Assembly (NCBI RefSeq): GCF_001194135.2
Contig: NC_068999.1
Coordinates: 15,338,351 to 15,370,737, forward strand
Source of the DNA: Octopus bimaculoides
Taxonomy: Eukaryota
Reading direction: 5' to 3'
Length of the DNA: 32,387 bases
Both the position numbers and the translations under genes were made by a program. Under the pieces are notes generated by a model, which worked only from the letters and a program-made list of their open reading frames with translations, was not told where the DNA came from and did not search any database. Shown here piece after piece: positions 22,524-32,387 of the stretch. Within the stretch, counting starts at the first letter, position 1; each line of letters opens with the position of its first letter.

Positions 22524-23800
22524 TGTTGCAATTCAATTCTGATATTTCTTTCTGTTTTTTTAATTCTATCTTTGAATTTATTATTTTTTTTTGTTTTTTG
22601 CTACAATGTCATGCTTTTGTGGTACAGCACACTGTCGTATGCTATTAACTTTAGTTTTTTTTTTTTACTGATGTTTTATGTTAATATTTAAAACATTGGT
22701 GAGTGCATTTAGTTTTATAGTATTGTTATGGGTATAAACGTATACATCTGTTACATACCTAAACCGTTCTCACAGATTCGAGTAAATTTTATATTAAGCA
22801 GTGTTAAGTGAATCAGATATAAATTCTCTCTATCAATAGGTCGCTATCCTCTAGCAACGAGTTGTTATTTTCTGCTTGTAAAAGTAAAACGAAGAGCTAT
22901 AAAGCAATGTGCTTTTTCACCACACCTTTCCTCTCGCAAGTACACTACGCTTGTTATTAAGATTAGGTTCATTTTGCGCCATATCTATTTCTTTCCCACC
23001 CGAATCAACCTTAGGCTTAACATTACGATATTATCTTTGTCATTCCTTCGATGCCTATGTTTGTATTGTTCCTTGCTGCTGTGAATTATTGCTGTCTAAT
23101 TAAAACATTAGGCATATGAAGAATATTAGATATGAGAAGAATATAAGGCATATGGAGATGATAACTTTAAGAAGAATATAAGAATATTTTCTCAAGTCAA
23201 TTAAAGCCTGCAACCGTGGACGCAACACTTTCTTCCCACAAACATCAGTCGTGATTTTAACGGACTGCATATATTACAGGTGATATGTAAACAAGACTGT
23301 ATTTCATACATATGGATTGTTGAGATCAGTAGCAGTTCTATGATGTTCTAAGCACTCAAAACATATTTTTTTCCCTATACAACCATATCTCAGTTGACTC
23401 TCCCCAGTTTACTTGTCCGAAACTAAATTATGTTGCAAGCTTTCTAGTCGAAATATCAAGGAGTAATACGCATATCGCTGTTAGTTTCATTCCTCTCTTT
23501 AAAGATACTATCTTTTGAAAATATCCCACAGGAAACACGCTGAATTGATAAGACATTAAAATGAGTAGCAAGTACCAGAGCCTAATATAGTCGATCGCGT
23601 TGAGACCAGCCTCTGTTTCAAAAGAAAATGTCCCAAGGTATTTGCAAGACGTTGGTTTTCAGTGCTGTTACTATAGTTGATATTATTCAGTAGCTCTAAC
23701 TTGGCTCAAATTGAGCGAACATATGATTCAAGATATCACAACCAGCGTTCCGCTGCTTTTCATTTTCAGATATATGTGATTAATTTACACAAAACATGCT

Positions 23801-24012
23801 TTTCTACTCTAGGCACAAGGCTCGAAATTTTATGAGAGGGGGCCAGTCGATTAGATCAAAACTTATACGCAACTGGTACTTAATTTATCGACCCCCGAGA
23901 GGATGAAAAGCAAAGTCGACCTCGGCGACATTTGAACGCAGAACGTAAAGACAGACTAAATACCCGCTAAGCATTTCACCCGGCGTGTTAACATTTCTGC
24001 AAGCTCGCCGCC
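23801..24012 (-). mobile_element. SINE family B, near full-length copy
   Basis: Reverse complement reads ggcggcgagcttgcagaaatgttaacacgccggg...ttacgttctgcgttcaaatgtcgccgaggtcgactttgcttttcatcc...gggtcgataaattaagtaccagttgcgt...ccttgtgcctagagtagaaa. Confidence 0.92.
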
Positions 24013-24223
24013 TTATTTACACAAGTTTTTTTTTTTCATTTCTGAAGATGGTGAGGTTGATTCTGAAGGAAATGTACTTGTTATTTCTGGCAAGTGATTC
24101 AAGTACATAGAAGATCGCTCGCTATCTCAACTCACGTTTTATGAAAAGATAGAGAAAAGAATAGAATGCAAGCTCCTAGAAATGTCACAGTGTAAATGAA
24201 GATTTTAAATATATACCATAGAT

Positions 24224-24683
24224 GCAGGTATAGCAATCTGGTACAATCTTTGCTGCTCAACCATATGCTTCTAGGTTCATACCCATTGCATGGTATCTTG
24301 GGCAAGTGTCTTTTATTATATCCTCCGCCTGACTAAAGCCTTTTGAGTGGATTTGCTAGACGGAAGGCCATTGTATATATGTGTGTGCGCACCTGTGAAT
24401 GTGTGTGTGTATGTGTGTGTTTGTGTCTGTGCGTGCGTGCATGTGTATGTGAGTACGTGTGCGTGCGCCTTTGTGTATGTGCTTGACTCCCACTATCGCC
24501 TGACAACGGGTGTTGGTGTTTACGTCTCCGTAAATTAGTGGTTCGGCGAAAGGGACCAATGGAATATGTACCGGGCTCAAAAAGAAAATAGGTTCTGAGG
24601 GTCCATAAATTCGACTAAATAATCCTCAAGGTGGTGCTCCAGTATGACTGCAGTCTAATGATTGAAACAAATAAACGATAAAT
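24224..24683 (+). mobile_element. SINE family A, near full-length copy (tRNA head, CORE-like tcttgggcaagtgtc, GT linker, 3' tail)
   Basis: Joins the 5' part seen at 3216/8668 with the 3' part seen at 5493; ends aaggtggtgctccagtatgactgcagtctaatgattgaaacaaataaacgataaa. Confidence 0.85.
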
Positions 24684-24924
24684 GATATACAGTAATACTT
24701 CCCTGTACGAGAACCCACTTTAAGAAGCCCCGGGTTTACGAGATTTATTTTATAATTAATATAAAAATGTTAAAACATAAAGCACGACGGGCTACGATCG
24801 GGGCCGTCATGCCAAGACCGTGGCCCAGATAGATGCATCTAATTTATGGGCGTTTTTTTAGGGTCTAATGTCACTCAAACGCTCCGATCCCCACCCACTG
24901 AATGCAAGCGGACTAATAGTTCAA

Positions 24925-24986
24925 CTAATGACTTTTCAGATGACGTAAAACCTTGCCAGGTTTTACGTCATCTGAAAAGTCATTAG
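24925..24986. other. Perfect palindrome: 29-bp arms with a 4-nt spacer
   Basis: ctaatgacttttcagatgacgtaaaacct / tgcc / aggttttacgtcatctgaaaagtcattag; the arms are exact reverse complements. Confidence 0.97.
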
Positions 24987-25504
24987 ATATTTTAACTATT
25001 TTTTTCTTTTTTATGTGTGCAGGATAGTCATATTTTTTTCTTTTTTAGTGTGCATTATGTCAATAACACCTGAATAAAGGCTACTGCTATAATAGATACG
25101 ACAGTTACTAAATTTTCTAGGCCACCAATTTATTCAGTTTTTCCAATTAATTTGAATAGAAGTTTTAAATAATAATTTTATTGGTTAAAATATGTTAATT
25201 GTGCGTGTCTGGTAATGCATGTGTACTTTTATTTCTGTGTAAGAAAGATTGTGTATGCTTTCATCTTTAAAACATTAATTGGGTTTGTTATATTTTTATT
25301 ACTTTGTTCAATTAATATAGCAAAAATATTTAACATATTGTAAATTTCTTCTCAGAAAATTCAATCACGTAACAGAACTATGCGTGTTTGTGTGTGGCGG
25401 GGGGTATAAATATAGATAGATGGATAGATAGATATCGGGAGAAAGAGAATGAGTATGGGAGATTATTATATTCCACCATATCAATAACTACTTATCACAT
25501 GAAC

Positions 25505-25817
25505 TGGCATCCCGTCGGTTACGACGACGTATGTTCGAGTTTTTTCCGATCAACGTGACAGCCTGCTCGTGAAATTAATGTGCAAGTGGCTGAGCACTCC
25601 AAAAGTTTCAATGTAGTTATCAGAGAGATTCGGTGTTACACAGAATTTCAGAGCTTGTCTTTGAATTGTAGGTGCAACTCATTTATGCTAGAGAAGTTGA
25701 TTGAAGCAACGTGAAATAAATTATCTTGCTCAAGGACAGAAAGCGCTGCCGGATATCAGACACATGACCTTATGATCGTGAAACGAATACCCTAATTAAT
25801 ATGACATGCACCTTCAC
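25505..25817 (-). mobile_element. tRNA-derived SINE family D, diverged
   Basis: Reverse complement reads gtgaaggtgcatg...agggtattcgtttcacgatcataaggtc...ccggcagcgc...gtccttgagcaaga...gagtgctcagccacttgcacattaatttcacgagcaggctgtcacgttgatcgg...cgtcgtaaccgacgg: a tRNA-like head plus a ccttgagcaag core. Confidence 0.75.
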
Positions 25818-27209
25818 CCTTTTCTCATATTGATCTGTAATATACTAGGCGTGTGATAGAACATTCGATAGTCGATGGATCTGTCTATAGAGTTCTAGAT
25901 GATACAAATATCTATAGTTGAAAACTGTAGCCACAGTTACGAAACGTGTTCTGCGCCATAACGGTATGTCAACATTTATATTGTACAAAGTATTCGCATC
26001 CCACTATATTAAATATAGAGTGAAATACAGTGTACAATAATATCTAATACGTTTTTATTACAGTTCAGTTTAAAATTTAATATGTAACACACGCAACCTC
26101 CACAGAAACTCGGCCTCATGACGCTGCATAAAATATGCCATCATAATGTATATTCGGCATCTGTGCTCATTTGGGCGAAAATATCGGATTATACGAATCA
26201 ATTTTCAAGTAGTTTCTAATGATGCCTATCGAACGTATCTTCCTTATATCTGATTCAGTTGCAGACCTGATATTTTGCTAACATAAAATTGATATAATCT
26301 TAATGAAATTTACCTAACTTGCATTCTATTAAAATATTTAGACATTTTATGAAACTTTGGCCAATGTTAACATGGAATAAGAGATTTGATACAAAACCTG
26401 CCATGGCTAGATGCCAACGTTAGTCAGTATACCATTACAGAAATTTCTGACACCGATAATTACTTTCTGAAAAGTGTTTATCAATAATTGCGATTTAATT
26501 ATTTCTTCCTAATGCATTAACATTAACAGGCGGTTATTTTATTCGGAAAGCTTATCCAAGAATGACTCGATTATAGGGCGGGAGGGGTAATATCACTAAA
26601 AATCACTGTACAGTACTAAGAGACGTCATCAACACAAATTTAATTACGGTTGTCTGTTACTCTGCCAAATGCTGACAATGGTTTCGCTGTGGAAATTTCA
26701 CTCAAATACAGATTTTCAGCTCATTTCTATATTGCTGTGTGATTCATGGGCGAAGAACAATAGCTTACAAATTTGATGGTTATAATTATCGAGTTATTGG
26801 AGCATGATAAGAAACGCTATTTTGAACACAATTTATATGGAATTGTATTCTCATATATATATATAAACGATATTTAAAGTATGTACGTTGTATAATATAT
26901 TAGCTTTTGCGCTCATCAATGGCAAACTTGTCATTCTGTATGAATGAATATTCGAGGTAAGGATGCTCCGAATTGGAAGAATAAATAGACAGAACGCTGG
27001 ATAGAATTCGTTACAGTACTCATTCCCTCTCTCGTCATTCTAATTTCAAATAGCACCAAAGCCAGTTCTGGTTTTTTTTCTGATTTTGTATAGATAGATA
27101 AGATCGATAGATATGATAATAGTCTAACACCAGTGCCGATCCTTCGCTCATTGTTTCTCTTTTATTTTTTATTTGCTTTTGTTTCTATGGATTGCTATAT
27201 TTTTTTAAT

Positions 27210-27268
27210 GCTTTTATCCATTTATCTGTTTCAGTCACTTGATTTCGGTCAAACTGGAGCACCGCCTT
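27210..27268 (-). mobile_element. SINE family A-type 3' tail abutting the 3' end of the Penelope-like element
   Basis: Reverse complement aaggcggtgctccagtttgaccgaaatcaagtgactgaaacagataaatggataaaagc aligns with 5693-5747 and 24628-24683. Confidence 0.7.
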
Positions 27269-27269
27269 G

Positions 27270-28780
27270 TTGTGTGGTTGCTGGGAAGTGCTCAGTGCTA
27301 GTGAGTGTTGAGCGGTGTGAGGTCTGCATGAAATGAAAAGAGGAGGTGAAGTTGGTGTCAGATGGACAGAGGAGGTGCGTTGAGCCCTTATGGTGCAAAG
27401 GTGCGACAAGAGAAGATTAATTCCTGTTCACAGCGAAGGCGGAAATCCGGATGGCACCTATGCAAAGACAGTCCGAAAACACTCAAATGTTATAGCGAAT
27501 GACTGATAGTGTGGAAATGGCACGAGACAGGGGTTTTATTGGCGAGTTTGGTGTCTCGGAGATGCTCCGCGAACCGGTCAGCCATGCGGAGTTCCGTTTT
27601 ACCGTATACAGGGAAGGACAGACAGAGCAGGAGATAAAATAAATTGCGTTACTAGAAGTGCAGGTAGAGGAGTCGTTGTGATGGGTGTCTGTGAGGATGG
27701 TGGTGCTGGAGAGGTAGGGGCAGGTGCAACAGCGTGGGTGGGAGCAGGAGAATGAGCCAGTCTGAGATAAGGAGGGAGGCGGGTGGATTATGGGTTCGTT
27801 TGAAGGAGGGAAGTGGTACGTTGGGAAATATGAGGAGTCGGATTGCAGTTGCCAGAAGGTCCGCAGAATGGTGCACTGGAAGTGCAGGGTTGAGAGGTGG
27901 TAGGTAACGGGAAACAGGAGACAGGCAACGGTGGACCGGTTGCGAGGGGAAAGAGCAGAAGCACGGTCCACAGATTATGCCCTGCCAAGGACAGTGTGGA
28001 TAGTGGTGAAGGGTATCTACGTTGGATGAAATGGTGAGCCATGAGTTGACACTGAATCTCAATCATGCTTGTCACTGCAGAGCCTGCGCAGAAGGCGAAG
28101 TAGGAGTAGGGGATGGAGATTTTTGTGTGGATAGGGTAGGAGGAGAAGAAGTTAAGGTAGGAGTATGTGTTAGTGAGTTTGTAGTGGAAAAAGATACGGC
28201 GAGTGGTGTCTTCTGACAGAAATGTCGAGAAATGTGACGGAAGAGTTAGAGATAGGGGAGGAGAATTCGAAGGCAGGACAGGACGTTTAGTCGTTCGCGA
28301 GAGAGGATGCGCCGATACAATCATCGATGTAACGACTGTATAGTTCGGAGTGGGACCAGTGAATTATGAGAATATTTTGTCCTCACCGTAGCCAACGAAG
28401 AAAGTTGCATAGTTGAGACCCGTTCTCGTTTCTATAGCCACTTCCGAGAACTATTAGTAAAAATCTTCAACGAACGAGAAACAGTTGAGGGAGAGAACAG
28501 GTTCTGCCAGACGAAGAGGTGTGGAGGCGTCAGTTTTGTTTTGGGGGGTTAGTCCGAAGGTCCAGAAAGTGTTTCAGCGCAAAACGTCCTTTGTTGTGTT
28601 GCATCACCGTATAAAGACTCTTGATATCAAGAGTGAACAGAAATTTAGAGGGGCCAGTAGGAGAGGGGAAAGAATTAAAGAGACGTAGGGCATCGGAGAC
28701 TTCGCAGTGCCGAGAGTTCGGCCGGGAAGATATTAACTGAATCCGAAGTCATAAAGTGACCTTCTTGAGTTGACTATACA
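27270..28780 (-). mobile_element. Penelope-like retroelement (RT plus GIY-YIG endonuclease), 5'-truncated, frameshifted
   Basis: Minus strand: ELSALRSLR; KFLFTLDIKSLYT (~28608-28646); a degenerate GVA.GT..G.NYA.FFVGY.E motif; YIDD (28320-28331); HYKLTNTYSYLNFFSSYPIHTKISIPYS; LRRLCS; FKRTHN; the Cys linker FSCSHPRCCTC; IYFISCSVCPSLY/GKTELRMADRFAEHLRD (1-nt frameshift); EQELIFSCRTFAP*GLN. All are typical PLE RT, thumb and GIY-YIG motifs. Confidence 0.93.
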
Positions 28781-29368
28781 AACATGCCTGCGTCTTAAGA
28801 TGCATATTTTAAAATTTCATGAATATTTGTACCTTATATATACAAGTGCACACACGGTGTAATATGCAATAAATTACCGCAGTAACACTATGATAGAGAG
28901 AAGTTGTTTCAGACACCAAAAACATGAAGCAACGATGAATATATGTAAAGTCCTTACATAAACATACGGCCTCCTAATTTTTTTCCCACTCGATTCTTTC
29001 ATTGTGTATTCATTGTTTTATTTTGTTTCATTTATCCTACCCTAGTTTATTTCGCTCCAACGTATTTAAAGACTTGAATATGATGACATGAAAGAATTCA
29101 TAATGCCACTTTAACAGCTGCTTTTAACCGTCTTAATATTTTTCCTTAGTCTGTATTTCTCCTTAGAAAATTCTTTTATTTCATTACTTCAATATTTTAA
29201 ACCATATGACAATAACCACCCTTAATTTGCATCGGCATGGCGCCAACATGAGGCAATATAGAATATTCATACTTGTTTGTCTCTATATGTCTACATGTCT
29301 GTGTATATCTCTGCATCAGTGGCAGATGAACGAGTGTGTCGGTAACAGCTCAATAAACACACATCCGT

Positions 29369-29369
<1 letters not shown>

Positions 29370-29400
<31 letters not shown>

Positions 29401-29970
29401 TACATACATACATACATACATACATGCATGCATGCAAACATCCCTATGTACGTACTTACGTACATACATATATTATACACGCTTGCTCCCTTCTGACACC
29501 ACACGAAACATGTTTTACAATGAAATTCTGTTTTGTGCCGAATGCTGAATCAGGTCTGAGTTTTTTTCTTTCATTGATTTTCAATATCCACTTCAGTCTC
29601 GCATTCATTTTGCATATATAAGTGCGTGTCAGTCTCTCTTTTTCTCTCTCTTTCTTTCCCCATCACTTTCTGTGTCTGTATCTATCTTTCTCTCTCTCCC
29701 TCTCTCTTCATTAACCCATCTATTTATCTATTATCCCTTTCCCTCTCTATCTGTACACAAAAATCCAAATATATATATATATATATTTATATATACAAAT
29801 ATATACATACATGTATGTGTGTGTGTACATACATACATACTTACCTACCTACCTACATACATACATACATGCATACATATGCACTTCCGTGCGTATGATC
29901 ATACATACATATGTTAAAAAATGTAAATATATATGCAGTAAAACAGTCAGATACATAGATAGATAGACAA

Positions 29971-30013
<43 letters not shown>

Positions 30014-30085
30014 TAGAGACAGAGCCAGAGACAGACAGACCGAAACTCGTATATATCTATAGATACATATACATACATGCACGCA
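29370..30085. repeat. Cluster of ATAC/CA/TC/TA/TAGA/GA microsatellites
   Basis: Read directly; explains the ORFs at 29206-30082. Confidence 0.92.
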
Positions 30086-30433
30086 TATAATTTCATGTGT
30101 GGACGTGCACTTGTGCGAGTTTGTGTTTAAACAACCATATCAACAGGGAAGAATTCTTGGATGTCTTCATTCCCACTTTACTTTCTAGTTTAGCTGGGAG
30201 AAGAATTGTTTGCTTCCGTTTACCGATGAGGACGACCTTAGGCTAAACACCATCACAACGCTAGATCGAATTAACAAATCTCACTTAAATCTCACTCATT
30301 GACATTATAGAACTAATGACCATTATAGAACATTGGCCAATGTCGATTCCGACAGTTATTTTCTTATGTTAGTAGACATACGAACATGAACATGGACACT
30401 ATACTCTATATGTGAGTGTGAAGTACGAATATA

Positions 30434-30513
30434 ATATGTGTATATTATGTGTGTGTGTGTTTACATATACATATCTATGTGTACATGTATGTGTATGTAT
30501 ATATTTGTGTGTG

Positions 30514-30583
<70 letters not shown>
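30434..30583. repeat. GT/CA/TA microsatellite leading into an assembly gap
   Basis: Read directly from the sequence. Confidence 0.95.
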
Positions 30584-31477
30584 NNNNNNNNNNNNNNNNN
30601 NNNNNNNNNNNNNNNNNNNNNNNNNNNNNNNNNNNNNNNNNNNNNNNNNNNNNNNNNNNNNNNNNNNNNNNNNNNNNNNNNNNNNNNNNNNNNNNNNNNN
30701 NNNNNNNNNNNNNNNNNNNNNNNNNNNNNNNNNNNNNNNNNNNNNNNNNNNNNNNNNNNNNNNNNNNNNNNNNNNNNNNNNNNNNNNNNNNNNNNNNNNN
30801 NNNNNNNNNNNNNNNNNNNNNNNNNNNNNNNNNNNNNNNNNNNNNNNNNNNNNNNNNNNNNNNNNNNNNNNNNNNNNNNNNNNNNNNNNNNNNNNNNNNN
30901 NNNNNNNNNNNNNNNNNNNNNNNNNNNNNNNNNNNNNNNNNNNNNNNNNNNNNNNNNNNNNNNNNNNNNNNNNNNNNNNNNNNNNNNNNNNNNNNNNNNN
31001 NNNNNNNNNNNNNNNNNNNNNNNNNNNNNNNNNNNNNNNNNNNNNNNNNNNNNNNNNNNNNNNNNNNNNNNNNNNNNNNNNNNNNNNNNNNNNNNNNNNN
31101 NNNNNNNNNNNNNNNNNNNNNNNNNNNNNNNNNNNNNNNNNNNNNNNNNNNNNNNNNNNNNNNNNNNNNNNNNNNNNNNNNNNNNNNNNNNNNNNNNNNN
31201 NNNNNNNNNNNNNNNNNNNNNNNNNNNNNNNNNNNNNNNNNNNNNNNNNNNNNNNNNNNNNNNNNNNNNNNNNNNNNNNNNNNNNNNNNNNNNNNNNNNN
31301 NNNNNNNNNNNNNNNNNNNNNNNNNNNNNNNNNNNNNNNNNNNNNNNNNNNNNNNNNNNNNNNNNNNNNNNNNNNNNNNNNNNNNNNNNNNNNNNNNNNN
31401 NNNNNNNNNNNNNNNNNNNNNNNNNNNNNNNNNNNNNNNNNNNNNNNNNNNNNNNNNNNNNNNNNNNNNNNNNNNNN
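30584..31477. other. Assembly gap (N-run)
   Basis: Continuous Ns. Confidence 0.99.
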
Positions 31478-31557
31478 TATATATTTGTTAATACTGCACT
31501 CTTAGACCAGTCTATGCCCAACTAAATCGTTTCACAAGGGTCTGGTGAACCTGAACC

Positions 31558-31645
31558 TAGATTAGAAGCATTGCTCATAGTGCCACGCGATGGACCTGAA
31601 ATCGGATCATGTAGTTGGGAAACAAACTTCTTATTACACAGCGTA
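31558..31645 (-). mobile_element. SINE family A, 5' head fragment
   Basis: Reverse complement gctgtgtaataagaagtttgtttcccaactacatgatccgatttcaggtccatcgcgtggcactatgagcaatgcttcta matches the heads at 3216, 8668 and 24224. Confidence 0.7.
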
Positions 31646-32244
31646 ATGATCACATTAGTCAAATACGTGCGTGTGTGTGTTAGTTTGCGTGTGCGCGCGC
31701 GTGTTTATATGTATGTGTACCTGCACGAGAGAGTGTGTTTATAGCTTTCAACATATATTTGGGAAGTATGGAAACATAGCTGAAACTTCACTACAAATCC
31801 AACAAATAGTCTAACTTAAAACTAGTAACGATGGAAATTGCGAAATTTTCAAGATGAGTTAAATACTCTTTGATATATATAGTTGGTATTAATCAGGGAA
31901 TTTAGGAAACACAATTCCTTTAAATTAGCGTCATTCAATAACTGGTAATGCTCATTTACATAAAATATGAGATTTGTATATCTAAGCAAGAAAAATGTGT
32001 GTTTATTATGAAGTAAATATTTTATATTACACTTGAATTCGGCAACTGCCAACGAAGCAAAACTTTGCCATACTAATTAGCAATTATTGTTAACTGTATA
32101 AATGTTACGTACAACTATTACATTGACAGCGCTCTAAAGTCGAGGAAACAAAGAAAATGCTTACTATTTTTACTTACTACTACTTCGATGAGGCAACATA
32201 TTGCAACAGAGACTCTGAATTTAACCACTGCAGACATTCACTGA

Positions 32245-32330
32245 CATTCGTATATGCGCGCACGAACGCACACAAACAAAGAAACAAACAAACACGCGCG
32301 TACACACACTTGTATATGTGTATATATAGT

Positions 32331-32363
<33 letters not shown>

Positions 32364-32387
32364 ATGCATATATATATATGTATATAT
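32245..32387. repeat. CA/AAAC/TA microsatellite
   Basis: Read directly from the sequence. Confidence 0.93.

Noticed and set aside
28617-28634. 18-bp perfect palindrome actcttgatatcaagagt
   Set aside because: It lies within the RT coding motif TLDIKS of the Penelope-like element; most likely coincidental.
30412-31525. Long ~350 aa ORFs spanning the last gap
   Set aside because: Same artefact: microsatellite plus N-run.

Overview
AT-rich, repeat-dense metazoan non-coding DNA (intronic or intergenic) from a gapped draft assembly, with three N-runs each flanked by (TA)n. The repeat content (compound TA/CA/TAGA/ATAC microsatellites and several tRNA-headed SINE families) looks like an octopus genome; this is my inference from recalled repeat sequences, not a database search. 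I cannot support any intact host protein-coding gene, and the long ORFs in the track are microsatellite or N-gap artefacts. The best-supported coding-derived features are dead retroelements: a Penelope-like element (RT plus GIY-YIG endonuclease, minus strand, ~27.27-28.78 kb), an RTE-type LINE RT fragment (minus strand, ~18.4-19.1 kb) and a weaker second Penelope-like fragment (~3.6-4.0 kb). About 20 SINE copies or fragments are present. Unexplained structure includes an exact 144-bp TG...CA direct repeat (10275/11183), a perfect 29-bp-stem palindrome (24925-24986), a pre-miRNA-sized hairpin (16567-16631), a SINE-type 3' tail joined to the end of the Penelope-like element, and two weak exon candidates. 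I found no convincing novel multi-gene system.
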